This document shows, piece after piece, positions 25,769-42,265 of a DNA stretch of 64,000 nt. The DNA comes from Octopus vulgaris (taxonomy: Eukaryota). The translations under genes and the position numbers were made by a program. The stretch covers positions 133,238,001 through 133,302,000 of the forward strand of contig OX597819.1 in assembly GCA_951406725.2 (NCBI GenBank), written 5' to 3'. How positions within the stretch are numbered: position 1 is the first letter of the stretch; every line of letters begins with the position of its first letter. The notes below the pieces were generated by a model. It searched no databases and was not told the origin of the DNA. It saw only the letters and a program-made list of their open reading frames with translations.

Positions 25769-27521
25769 AACTTAGCACTTCCACTATTATTAATTTTTTA
25801 ATTCCCTTCTTTAACTAAATATACCTGTGGTCTTCTATAATTCTAAAGTATACAATTTATAAATTTCATAATTTTATAATTTTTATAGCTACATTTGTAT
25901 AATAATTAATGGATGTGTCTAGTATTATTGGTTTCTTGGTTTTTGTATGTGGGTTTTTGTTTGTTTTTTTTTTTTAAGAGAAATGCAATATGACATAAAA
26001 TAACATATTCATTTTGGTATTTGCCTTGTAATGTGTGATTTTTGAAGTTTTCCAATATTGCATAGTATATTGCATAGTATATATGTATATCTTGGTTAGA
26101 TACCTAGCTCTAGATAATGTAATGATATTGTATAATATGTAATATATGAGAGCCTTTTGTGAGTTTGGTGGGTTTAGGTTGAGATTATAGGTTTTTTGTA
26201 TGTGTTTATTTGGAAGGTTTTTATTATATATTTGGTCTTTTTGTACTCACCTTAATTTGTATCTTATGCTATTCACTGATAAACCTTTTTCATTTTTTTT
26301 CATTTTCTCATTTACATGCATTTTGCTTTATAATTATTACCAGCCTCATATATTTAGTTTATATCTATAGTCCTCTGGATCTGTACTTTAAACTATCCTT
26401 CCATACATATTTACTTTCAACAATATAAAATATATATAAAATATATATTTTCACTTTATTTATTTTTATTTATTTCCCATTTTATTGTAATATTATCAAT
26501 CTTTGCATCTAGTCTTCTATTCATTTATTTATTTGCCTATTTAAGTGTAGATGTTTACATACATATCAAGTCATCTAATTTGTTACCTATTTATTTTTTA
26601 CTTATTTACTTATACTGGTGTAGTTTTATACATACATATCTATCATTTATTTTTATTTAATTTTAATAATATATGAATACATATATACTAGTTTGTACTT
26701 ATAATTATGTGTATAACCGTATTTATTCCTTCGTATTTATTCCTTTTTATTTATTTTATCTCTTTTCATCTTAAGTCTTTATAATATAAAATTTATTTAA
26801 AATTTCTGTGATGTTCTCATAAGCGTTTACATTAATACTTCCCCTTCTATTCTTTAATGCCTAAACTGGTATATTATGGCACTATATTTATTAAGTTAAT
26901 AAGTGACTTATTTATAATATTTAAATTAATATATATTTTATATTTTATATTTTATAATTTAGCGTACTTAAAATCATAACAAACTTACGATAAACCTAAC
27001 AACCGTATGTTTACTCTGTAACAAACCGGTGTTATAAATTTTAAGTTACCCATGAAATAATTATCTGAATTAGTAACATACTGATATTTATAAATATATT
27101 TATATCTAAATTAAATATTTTATAGAATGCATGGATGGTTCTTTTTTTGTTATTGAGGCTCAGTTATAATTTTGAAGGACTAAGTGTTAGCATAGTTGCT
27201 TCCCTTTTTTGTTTATCTAAGTGCTAGTTGTTGCTTGTGATTGTGTATGTGTATAAGTGTATGTATATACATATAACTATGTGTGTATGTGCGATTGATC
27301 TGTAGATGCGTGTGTGAATATTGGCGTTCCTTGACTAACCAACCGTATAATTTTCTTTTGTGATTTAAATTTCAAACCAATAGCCAATCGAATTAATCTA
27401 AATTTTCTTTACCTAGTGGTCAGCATTTCTTAACTCATAGTTATTTCGATCTTGAAAGGATGGACTTGGTACTAACTTAACTGTATCTATTTTTAGTATT
27501 TTTTTATTATTATTATTATTC

Positions 27522-27586
<65 letters not shown>

Positions 27587-27927
27587 AGTAATTTTTATTA
27601 ACTTTTATAGCTTTAGAATTTTATGAACTGTACCACGGATTTAATTATTATTTTTCATCTCCATATGTGTTAGCCCTTTTTTTTTATAAAAAAAACTATT
27701 AGCCAAATATGTATAATATCGGTACTTATTAATATTAATATATACACTGTTATATATTTTGTTTTATTTTGTTCTGTTTACCTTCCTTTTTGTACAAATG
27801 TGTATTATATTATATAAGTGTAGCATTATGATGTATAAGTTTTTATATTTTACATTTTTATATTTTTATATTTATATGTATATGATTATATAATATTTTT
27901 CACTATTATAACAAATTTAATTTAATT

Positions 27928-28035
27928 CTCTGAAGAGGCCGTGGGGCATCCTTGTTAATGCCTCATTTATACCTGCCTTTATGGCTTATAGGTTAAATGA
28001 GGTATGACTGTCCTCACTGCCGAAACAGCTGTCAG
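27928..28035 (+). ncRNA. Hammerhead ribozyme; predicted cleavage after GUC at 28033
   Basis: CT-CTGAAGA-GGCCGTGGGGCA...TGTCCTCACTGCC-GAAAC-AGCT-GTC-AG. Confidence 0.82.
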
Positions 28036-28238
28036 TTTTGATTTATTTGCATATTATATTTGAAATTTTTTACTTATATCTCTTTATCTTTTTACTTTTA
28101 CTATTACTGTATATCTCATTTCATTTTATATATTGCCTTTACTCATATGTAATGGTGTATTAAAGTATGGATTGAGTATCATCGGATAGTTGATGTTTTA
28201 CTGATTTAAGTATGTTTCTCCATTCTCTAATTTTGTAG

Positions 28239-28285
<47 letters not shown>

Positions 28286-28297
28286 CACATACATATG

Positions 28298-28331
<34 letters not shown>

Positions 28332-28358
28332 TATATATAAACATACATATAAACACAG

Positions 28359-28389
<31 letters not shown>

Positions 28390-29684
28390 CATACACACGC
28401 ACACCCACACAGATATATATATATATGCTTTGGGCGAAACATGTAGAATGTTGTAGCCGGCAAGGGGATATATATTTTGATTATATTAGACCTTTTCAGC
28501 GAAGAAAACGATCCGCGAACGAGCTTTAATCCTGCGAAAAGTCTTTTTTCCGTGTAGAAGTGTTACGAAACATTATCACGAGTATAATTGGTGGAACTGA
28601 AATTGGGAACATGACAGAAACATCACCAGTGAGGAATGGCATGAATTTAGTTTATTCAGGCACATAGAGACTGATGCGATTAACAATTCTCAACGAATGA
28701 AGATTTCACAGAATAATTAATTAACCCAATTAGTTCCAATATTTGATCTTTGTTACTAGGCAAAGTAACAGTTTAGAATATACTTCGATCTTTTTAAAGA
28801 CGACTACGAAGTCGAAATTTCACAAATTTGATCGGTGAACAGATAGCTTTGAATGAGCCAAAAAGAGAGAGAGAAAGAGAGAGAGAGAAAGAGAGAGTGA
28901 GAGAGAGAAAAATTGCCCGTTTGTATAATTCTCATAATTACGAAAAAATAAAAGAAGAAAATTAAAATAAAACAGAAAACCTAAAGCAAAGAAAATCGCA
29001 AAGAAATATGACAAAAGTTGGCTATTGACATGAATTGAAGTCATTTTAGTAGCTGTCGATATACCGAAAAACTAATTCGAAACATTCGCTCCTCAGAGTC
29101 AAAATTTTATATAATGAGAATTTTGTATGTATTTTCATTCAGTGCAAAATATTTTTCTGATTTATATATTTTATGTGTGATTCTCGTCACGCAATTTCTT
29201 ACAAACAAAACTGATATAGAATATAATTTGAAAGATCATTGTAGTTGGGCATCTTTTAAATATATTTAAATTTCTTGAAAGATATAACAAAAGACTCAAG
29301 TTTCAAACTAAAGATTGAATTGTTTCGATGGCCCGAGGGATTTTAACCGACAGAAAGACAATTGTGACATCAATTTGACAAAATTGCTTTTATTATATAT
29401 CATACTTACATTTTATTTTAAAGCATTGAATCTATATTAAAAAATAATAATCTTGTAGGTATCTTTGGAATTTAGATTGTAATTATTTTCTGTCACTCTA
29501 GGAAAAGATAATACTTTGAAATTATATATAATTGAAAATTGCTTTTAATTACCTTGGCTGGCAGATACACATAAGCAAGATAAAGTTTCGTTGGAAAAGA
29601 TATCTCAGTTCAATTTCTCCCTGAAGTCATATGTGTGTGTGTGTGTGTATACGTGTATGTCTATGTATGTATGCATGTGTAAGT

Positions 29685-29728
<44 letters not shown>

Positions 29729-30134
29729 GTGTGTATGTGTGTGCATGTATGTATGTATATATATATATATATATATATCAGACAACTTTGTACAGATGTT
29801 TCTGTTGTTTTCTATCGTCCGTATATAACCCATGGACCTATTTGTACACATTTACACACATATATGTGTGTTTATATGAACCAAAGTTTGTGAAAATCAC
29901 GTGATGCAAATGATAGCGCTAATTCTTACATTTCCCCGAAAACATTCTCAGCTTTCCACAGACACTGTCTCAAATGATTAAGTCTCTTTATTGTTAGATT
30001 AATTCGCGGTAATTTCATTTCGGAATGTATTCTTCTCTTGGGCTAAAACAAGTTTTTATCCATTCTAATAATATCCAATAAAGTGATGTGTATAAGCGGC
30101 CTCAGCAGAATTTTATTCTTTAGTTCTTTTCTTT

Positions 30135-30320
30135 GTTGCAATTATTTGACTTCGGCCATGCTGGAGCACTGCCTTTAGTCGAAGGAATTGACTCCAGAAC
30201 TAATTCTTTGCATGCTTAGTACTGATTCTATCGGTCTCTTTTGCCGTCGGTTATCAAGCGATGGAATGGGGGGGGGACAAAACAGACACAGGCATACACA
30301 ACGAAACATACACACACACC
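30135..30320 (-). mobile_element. SINE family B, 3' fragment
   Basis: ggccatgctggagcac..tttagtcga..ttctatcggtctcttttgccg matches 33240-33340. Confidence 0.75.
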
Positions 30321-30326
30321 CACACT

Positions 30327-30367
<41 letters not shown>

Positions 30368-30384
30368 ATAGGTAATTATATATA

Positions 30385-30425
<41 letters not shown>

Positions 30426-30427
<2 letters not shown>

Positions 30428-30467
30428 TTAAAATGAGATTTACTGATTTAAGTATGTTTCTCCATTC

Positions 30468-30473
<6 letters not shown>
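30426..30473. mobile_element. 48-bp fusion of the two PLE termini within (TA)n
   Basis: taaaatgagat (as at 16630) joined to ttactgatttaagtatgtttctccattctctaat (as at 28198-28231). Confidence 0.8.
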
Positions 30474-30504
<31 letters not shown>

Positions 30505-30704
30505 TATATGGTTACAGGATGCCACCAACTGCTCAAACAACATGAAATATGTAAACATCGAGAAAAAATTGGAAACTAGGACAAGTAAACAGAGAGAAAG
30601 GACCCTTCATCAGTTGTCAGCTGTCGAGCTACTCTTCATTTCCAGCATTCAACGACAATATGATTCTTCAAAGATAGTTACTCCCAAAATTCCCATATAT
30701 ATAT

Positions 30705-30773
<69 letters not shown>

Positions 30774-31798
30774 CAATATAAAAGTGGACATATATGTACA
30801 ATACTTTTCAAGGTAAACAACATATTAAGATAACAACTACACTTTCTATCTATTTGTAATTGTAGTCAACATACGCACGCACGGGCGCACACACACACAC
30901 ACACACACTCAGGTGTGTGCATCGTTTTGTTTATCTTATAGTTCTGAAAAGTGCGGATTGTGCCCTTGTATGAGAGTTTTTTTTTTAGTGGAACACATGT
31001 TTAGCCGAAGTAAGATAGATAAGTTTACATATCCTCATCAATGTAAGATAAATAAGATTCCACATCCTTTCTGTCAACGTGCTCTACAAGTGCACATTGC
31101 CAAACTGAAGTGAGAGATTCATTAGCACGAATTCCTTCCACAATAGTCTGCAATTTGTGGCAGGATGCTGTGCGTATAGTGTAGCAGTGCTTGTTGAGTT
31201 AAATTGACTAAACTAGCACAGTGCTTCCCCGATTACTTATTTAATGAATATGTTATTCCAGCATCAATATTGGTGGAATATGCCTTGGGATCGATTTTAT
31301 GAACGTTGAATGGCATGGTGTGCAATAACGCTATTCATAAAGAAAGCAACCTTTGAAGATATATACCATGGTATTGTTTATTTACTGCCTTTCTCTCTGC
31401 TATATTGCAAAGCTTTGAGACAATACTCTAAATCAAATTCACCCATAGAAATTCTTCATTACGTTAATGAAGATCATAATAAATATATTTATGGCTATCC
31501 TACTCTCTATTACAATGAGTTAGTAATTTTCAATATACACGCTTTGTAAATAGATTGTATTAGCAGACTTTATTCGGTGTCCGTTCCATTACATATATTG
31601 TTTTATGAAAGACATAACTCCAGTCTTTCTGGCGTGGGAGATATTTATGAAGGAAGACTTAGATACGATTTACAGTGTAACGAAAATTGATGGAATGCAA
31701 GTGTCATAGATTCTGGAGAAAATTGGAGCACTTTTAGCATTGAAAAGTTCCACAAATGTTTCAACAGACAAAAACTGCTTCATTGAATCTTATATATG

Positions 31799-31878
<80 letters not shown>

Positions 31879-31881
31879 GTG

Positions 31882-31925
<44 letters not shown>

Positions 31926-31971
31926 GGATATATATACTATACTGTTTCATATATATACCTATATATATATA

Positions 31972-32013
<42 letters not shown>

Positions 32014-32407
32014 TAAGTACACATTCACATACGCCCACAACCACATATATATATTTATATACACTTATATACATATATATGTGTTATTTTAGTTTCGTTT
32101 TGCAATTTGTCTTAAGATAAATTAATTTATTGACTAATTACTTGCACTTTAAAACTACTTTATCATATTAATAAATTTTCTACCTTTATTTCTCTTCTGA
32201 ATCTGTCAATTTTCATAATTTAAATTTCTTCGTGTGTTCCATACAGAAATTCTGTTAATTAGCCTAAAATTGAAGAATATTTTTTTCTGAATATAATACA
32301 TTCAGCAAGATATTTCCTGCTTCATTATTTTTTGTTTTGTATTGTACGCTAATTTTACGTAGGCAGTTATTAGTTCTTTACATTTTCGTTACTAGTAATT
32401 AGAAAGA

Positions 32408-33017
32408 AGGTGGTGAGCTGGCACAAACGGTAGCGCGTCGGGCGAAATGCTTAGCGGTATTTCGTCTGCCGCTACGTTCAAATTCCGCCGAGGTCAACTT
32501 AGCCTTTCATCCTTTCGGGGTCGATTAAATAAGTACCAGTTACACACTGGGGTCGATATAATCGACTTAATCCGTTTTTTTGTCCTTGTTTGTCCTCTCT
32601 GTGTGTAGCCCCTTGTGAGTAGTAAAGAAATAGGTATTTCATCTGCCGTAACGTTCTGAGTTCAAATTCCGCCGAGGTCGACTTTGCCTTTCATCCTTTC
32701 GGGATCGATAAACTAAGTACCAGTTACGTACAGGGGTCGCTGTAATCGGCTTAATCCTTTTGTCTGTCCTTGTTTGTCCCCTCTATGTTTAGCTCCTTGT
32801 GGGCAATAAAGGAATAAGAAATGTTAGCACGCTGGACGAAATGCTTAGCGGTATTTTATCTGCCGTTACGTTCTGAGTTCAAATTCCGCCAAGGTCGACT
32901 TTGTCTTTCATCCTTTCGGGGTCGATAAATTAAGACAGAGTTGCGTACTGAGGTCGATCTAATCGATTGGCTCCTCCCCCAAAATTTCGGGCCTTGTGCC
33001 TAGAGCAGAAAAGAATA
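32408..33017 (+). mobile_element. tRNA-derived SINE family A, three head-to-tail units
   Basis: ggtgagctggca A-box-like head, gagttcaaattcc B box, repeated gcctttcatcctttcggggtcgat..aagtaccag body. Confidence 0.85.
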
Positions 33018-33109
33018 TTTATTCCTAATTTAGACAGGAGCCTAAATACATATATATATATACATATATAGATATATACATATAGACATATAGACATATA
33101 CATATATAC

Positions 33110-33175
<66 letters not shown>

Positions 33176-33195
33176 GTATATATATATGTATATAT

Positions 33196-33615
33196 CTCTT
33201 TACTCTTTACTCTTTACTCTTTTACTTGTTTCAGTCATTTGACTGCGGCCATGCTGTAGCACCACCTTTAGTCAAGCAAATCGACCCTAGGACTTATTCT
33301 TTGTAAGCCCAGTACTTATTCTATCGGTCTCTTTTGCCGAACCGCTAAGTGACGGGGACGTAAACACACCAGCATCGGTTGTCAAGCAATGCTAGGGGCA
33401 CAAACACAGACACACAAACACACACACACACACATATATATATATACATATATACGACAGGCTTCTTTCAGTTTCCGTCTACCAAATCCACTCACAAGGC
33501 ATTGGTCGGCCCGGGGCCATAGCAGAAGACACTTGCCCAAAATGCCACGCAGTGGGACTGAACCCGGAACCATGTGGTTAGTTAGCAAGCTACTTACCAC
33601 ACAGCCACTCCTGCG

Positions 33616-33618
<3 letters not shown>
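33196..33618 (-). mobile_element. tRNA-derived SINE family B, full length
   Basis: Reverse-complement head ggcgcaggagtggctgtgtggtaag...gggttcagtccc (A/B boxes), CORE-like ttgggcaagtgtc, internal CA/TA tract, (agagta)n-type tail; near-identical to 56610-57007. Confidence 0.9.
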
Positions 33619-33663
<45 letters not shown>

Positions 33664-33687
33664 CACATATATACATATATACATATA

Positions 33688-36919
<3,232 letters not shown>

Positions 36920-37457
36920 TCTTCTATTTTATTCATGTTTGTTCTGATGTATTTTGGGTACCGGATAAAAAATAGAAACTTACATCATTCATACCGGAAA
37001 TAAGAAATATTTCAAGATAATGTATTGTTGAAAAATGTGCGCTGCTTTTTCATTCTATGGAATTAGTTGTAATTTGTATAACAATATAAATTATATTCCC
37101 GAACATAGTTCTTCCTTTATCATCTATATCGATTACACTTCACGTCTCTATAGAATCGTGAAATATTTCTCGACTCCTCGTGTTATAACATAATTCTTAT
37201 TGGTGCATTACATGTTCAACATAAAGAAGAATTAATGTATTGCTTTTACTGAAAAAAAAAAGAAAAAGTAAGAAAACGTACGCAATAATGTTTCCCGATG
37301 AAAAAAATCTCAAGAATTCAGTTAAAAGAACAAAAAACGCAAAACTTATGAATGATTCAAAATGCGTTAATATTTTCAGACGATTCATTAGAAACCCAAT
37401 ATATGTTTTATCGTAACCTGATGTAATTAGATTATGTGGATGAGGCTACGAGATAAC

Positions 37458-37476
37458 TATATATACATACATACAA

Positions 37477-37562
<86 letters not shown>

Positions 37563-37593
37563 GCATGCATATATATATATATATATACATACA

Positions 37594-37639
<46 letters not shown>

Positions 37640-37640
37640 T

Positions 37641-37678
<38 letters not shown>

Positions 37679-37790
37679 ACTTGCACACATACAATAACAT
37701 AACCTACACATATGTGTGTAAATGTATTCACACACAAATACACACATACACACGCATGCGCACAAATATGCACTTACGCACATACAATAA
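37458..37790. repeat. (TA)n/(CATA)n compound microsatellite
   Basis: Directly visible. Confidence 0.95.
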
Positions 37791-38161
37791 AACAGCATAC
37801 TTTCCTACTGAAACGAGAAGTGTTTCTTTAGGAATTCTTTGTTCGCCAAACTCTAGATGTTGTTCACTGAAATATTAGAGGTGGTTTAACGGAAGTTCCT
37901 CTGAAACAGGACCCATCCAAATACACATTACTGATTCCCATAAGCAGAATCTTTCTTATACCTGGCGTGCCACAAGTGATCTTTTGTTACCTTTTACTCT
38001 TCAATATCTTCACCTGTCGTGTATTCTGCAGCACAGTTATATAAAGGTACAGACATACTAATATATATTATGAAAAAATGCAAGTAAGTTTAATTATGTG
38101 TATATATATATATATGTATTGTGGGGAAAGGCATATATGTATTTATTTCCCTATCTATTAT

Positions 38162-38214
<53 letters not shown>

Positions 38215-38218
<4 letters not shown>

Positions 38219-38950
38219 ATACACACACACGACACTTATGTTTCAATATAATTTAACTCAACAACCTTTGACCGACGCTTTCATACTCATTAGTTAACGC
38301 TAATCCAATCAAAGACTCTTACTGCTATCCTGTTACTGTGGCTGGTGAGAGACGAGATGTAATATTGTCGTCGCTTAAGTAATTTCGAGAAAGAATTGCG
38401 TATTTGGTGTCGGTAGAGAGGAAACACTTCAGATAAGATGTGGGGGTCATGCAGCGTTGCAGCGTGTTCCTGCATTCATCATTTGTCGATATATATCCTT
38501 CCCCCACCCCCGGGCTGTCCGCCAGGCTGGGTCCTAAGAGTCAGTTCCTATCTCTGCAAGATACCTCCTTATCTTCCGTGACCTTTGGCATGTGGTCGAC
38601 CAACAGGAGCCGCTAACCGAGCCCTCAGTGACGAAAACACGGTAAGCAGGTTCTAACTCGAAATATCGAGCAACATGGTCAAACGATTATATAAGTAACG
38701 AGACGCCATTTTCTGAGCAGAGTCATTGGTTGGATACGAAATGCGACCAATGCGAATCCATAATCCTGAGAAGAGGCTTGGTCCCAAAGTTTTACAACTA
38801 TAGATGAGGCAATGGAACATCAGAGACCTAAATTCCCGAGGTTTTTCCGCTTATCGGCAGCATTTAACACCTTTGTCTAATGACTTCATAACAGCACCGG
38901 TTCGTCCATGACTTTTTCGGACTTCAAACTCGCTTCACGTGCCTCGCCAG
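38215..38950 (-). mobile_element. Possible LTR-retrotransposon remnant (PPT plus LTR-like segment)
   Basis: Higher-GC island; the minus strand has a purine tract ggggtgggggaagga followed by ~270 bp ending in TACA; only weak gag-like residues upstream. Confidence 0.3.
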
Positions 38951-40506
38951 TGACACTCAACATGATCTTTCATTTCACCACAATAATGTTTCATGATCTT
39001 CGATAGTTTCTACATTCTCCTTATTTAAGATTTTGGGGCATCTCTGGCTTGAGGAGAAATATATTAATCCAAGACGTCAAGACGCATCTGGCTATATTTG
39101 TAGGAAACCTAAAATACTGACTTGTTCCAGTGAAAAACCTTCACAAATGGAAGAGACTTTCTGTAATTCAATGTAATTATATTGCAATTGTTTAAAGCCT
39201 CCATTGCGATACGTTAATCAGATGAAAATACACACTTTCATTCTCTTCGCTTATTCACTCCTTTCATGAAGATTTCTTAAGGGACCAGCGCCCCTTCATT
39301 CTTCTGCTCTCGAACAAAGATAAATTCATGTTAGACACATTTATCTTAGGTCACTAATACTTGGTGCGTTGTACATAAATTTTATTTAATTATTTAATCA
39401 AATCGCCGATGAACACCTGACATCCTCATCCATCTCACTTCAGCTGCACTCAATCATCTGGTTACATACTTTAAAATCGAAACCACGTGACGTTGCGTTT
39501 CAGATTGTAAATTCGGTGCATTTCGGGATTTCTAAGATACTCCTAGGTTAAATCGTCCTTCTTTGTCGTGTACGGTCTTGTTAACCCGGAAATGATTTTT
39601 TTTTATTTCAATTATCTTTGCCGCAGATGTTTTAAGATTTCCAATTAGGAAACTGATGTTACTTTGTACGTGTTCTGGTTAAAATTATAAGGAACTATTA
39701 AATGGAGATACTGGAATGATATAAGTTCGCAGAGTTACAGGGTATTCTGTACGTTCGTTAATGATTTTAGGTGGACAGTTCTAAAACCACTGCTGATTTC
39801 AGTATCTTTGTGCTCGTTTCGTTAGGATTAACTGAATGAGGAAAATTAGTTTTACGTGAGACACTCGTTTTCTTGTGAATGTCTACAGATTATTGGCTTT
39901 GTGTTGTTGCAGCAGCTGTCCACTTGATTATTTTAAATATTTAAGAGAAAAATGGTTTATTGTTTGTGTGACCTGACGAGGTTTTACTGAGTTGTATTTC
40001 CTATAAAACTACCGTGGAATATTCTGTAGTTAAATCAACAACACGATTCTGCGGTTTCCACTGTGAATCATGTGTCACATGAGGTTGCAGCTGTTCCATT
40101 GCCACGGACCAACATTTGTACGAACGGATGGAATAGGACGCTGGTAGTAAGAAGTATTTTGGTAACATCTTCAAAGCAATAAGATACGTTTGTTTCTGTG
40201 AAGTGTTTAACGAGTTGCTAAATGCATTTGGTTTCCAAATGTTTGCACTTTATAAGCCGAGCTGGACACCATTGCAATTTAAGAGGTAGATCGATGGCAT
40301 TCAAAGTTAGCTCGTGGACGAATAGTGGTAAGACTTGTGCAATCCATCCACTAAACTCATTCGTCTCGTATAGCTACATCGATACCTCTATATATATACA
40401 TTTCTATCTATCTATCTATCTATCTATCTATACATATATATATATATATGTATATATAATGGGGTCTATATGTGCATGTGCTTGTACATATATATATATG
40501 TGTGTA

Positions 40507-40558
<52 letters not shown>

Positions 40559-40842
40559 ATTATACATACGTATATGTACCTACTTAAATCTACATGTATA
40601 CATATATATGCATATGTGGACACAGGACGTCATGAAACGTCTACAACAAAAAATACAAAATTCTTTTAAAATAAGTTCAGAAAATTAAACATTTAAAGAA
40701 TAAAACACAAAATCTTTGCCCAGTCAGAATTTTAAATGGAATAAAAGTGCTTTTTCTTTTAATTAATTCATTATTCATATTTAAAATCCTCGAATTAACG
40801 ATAAACAGAGGCACAACTAATATACGAAATGTCCCAGTAATA

Positions 40843-41265
40843 TTGGTTTCAAATTTTGGCACAAGGCCAAAAATTTCCAGGTAGAGGGTCACATGATTAT
40901 ATGGATTCCAACGTTCAGCTGGTACTTAATTTATCGACCCTGAAAGGATGAATGAAAGGCAAAGACGACATCGGTAGCATTTGATTAAGAAGGTAAAGAC
41001 AGGCGAAATACGACAAAGAATTTTGCCCAGCTCGCCGTCTTAAACATTCCCGTAATATAGTAGAGTGTAATGAGTTAGAAGAAACGCCGGGCTTTGTGGT
41101 ATTTCGTCTCTCTTCACGTTCCGAGTTTAAATGTCGCCAGGGTTGACTTTGCATTTCTTCTTTTTGGGCTCAAAATGAAATAATCCACCAGTTGAGTACT
41201 AGCGTCGATCTAATTGACTAAACCCCTCCTCTGAAATTGCTGGCCTCGTGCCAAAATTTGAAATC
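40843..41265. mobile_element. Two diverged family A SINEs in divergent orientation
   Basis: Minus copy ~40843-41040 (ggtacttaatttatcgaccctgaaaggatg); plus copy ~41080-41265 ending gtgccaaaatttgaaa. Confidence 0.75.
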
Positions 41266-41387
41266 AGTATCAGCAGAATGTATTAGAAACTAGACTGTTA
41301 TAGGCATAGAGGTAAACAATGTAATTTCTTATGTGTATGCTTAACTTATCCAAATGGAATCGAATATCATAAATAAAATGTTTTCAT

Positions 41388-42265
41388 TACGAGGGTGGGC
41401 TGAAAAGTGCATAGGGCTACAAAGAAAGAGTGAGGTTAGAGCGGTAAAAATCTTCCTTCTTATTAATTACTGCATTGTTTCTTTCCAGATAAACTGTCAT
41501 CTGACTGGTAAAAATAGACTTCAAAAGTAACTGGTAGTGACTTCTCTTGGAAATAGACAAAATCTGGCATCATGATGTTATCAAGTACTTGCTGGAAAAG
41601 GGTTCAGCCCCCCAATAGCATTCATGCTGACATGGTTGCTACATTAGAGGATGATGCTCCAGCTTTATCAACAGTCCAAAAGTGGGGAGCAGAATTTAGG
41701 AGATGAAGGGAGTGTTTTGAAGATGACCCAATGTCTGGACATCCTGCAACTGCCACCACCGAGGAAAACCTTGATCGTGTCCACCACATGGTTATGGACG
41801 ACAGGTGATTGACCAGAAACCAAATAGCCAATGCTATTAGCATATCCCTTGACAGAGTTGAGAATATTCTGCTCAATGAACCTGGCCTGACAAAGGTTTC
41901 TGCTTGGTGGGTGCCACATCTTCTGACACCGGATCAAAAGCGCCCCAGGCTGAAAATCTGACATTAAAGCAGATCCAGCTGTTTTCCTTGCACCTTTCTT
42001 AACCCAGCATGAGTATTATGTTTACCATTTTCAGTTAGAGACACAGAGACCATCCATGCAGTGAAAACACTCCTCCTCTCCTCCTACAAAGAAAGTCAAG
42101 GTCGTTTCATCATCAGGGAAAGTGATGACCTCATTTTTTCGGAATGCAAAAGGCATCGTATTTATTGAGTATATTCAAAAGGGTTACATCATCAACAGAG
42201 AGGTGTATGCCAACATGTTACAAAAGGCTATCAAATCCAAACGCCCAGGAAAACTGACGAAAGGC
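41388..42265 (+). mobile_element. Mariner transposon remnant with decayed transposase
   Basis: TA plus cgagggtgggctgaaaagt left TIR; EDDPMSGHPAT..EENLDRVHHMVMDDR*LT..IA..ISIS..V..IL..L.KVSAWWVPHLLT (WVPH motif); KVM..F..AKGIVFIEY..KG..IN; right end missing. Confidence 0.9.

Larger units (their letters stand above)
23514..28243 (+). mobile_element. Inverted, 5'-truncated copy of the same PLE
   Basis: Reverse complement of 16795-21504; the translated ORFs are identical over the shared span. Confidence 0.95.

Noticed and set aside
26210-26428. Hydrophobic 72-aa ORF in the PLE 3' region
   Set aside because: TTG start; hydrophobicity expected from T-rich DNA; no other support.
16628-28243. Prokaryotic retron/group II intron/CRISPR-RT system, LTR retrotransposon or TIR DNA transposon
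   Set aside because: Eukaryotic repeat context; RT plus GIY-YIG, pLTR and hammerhead identify a PLE; no integrase, PBS, transposase or spacer array.
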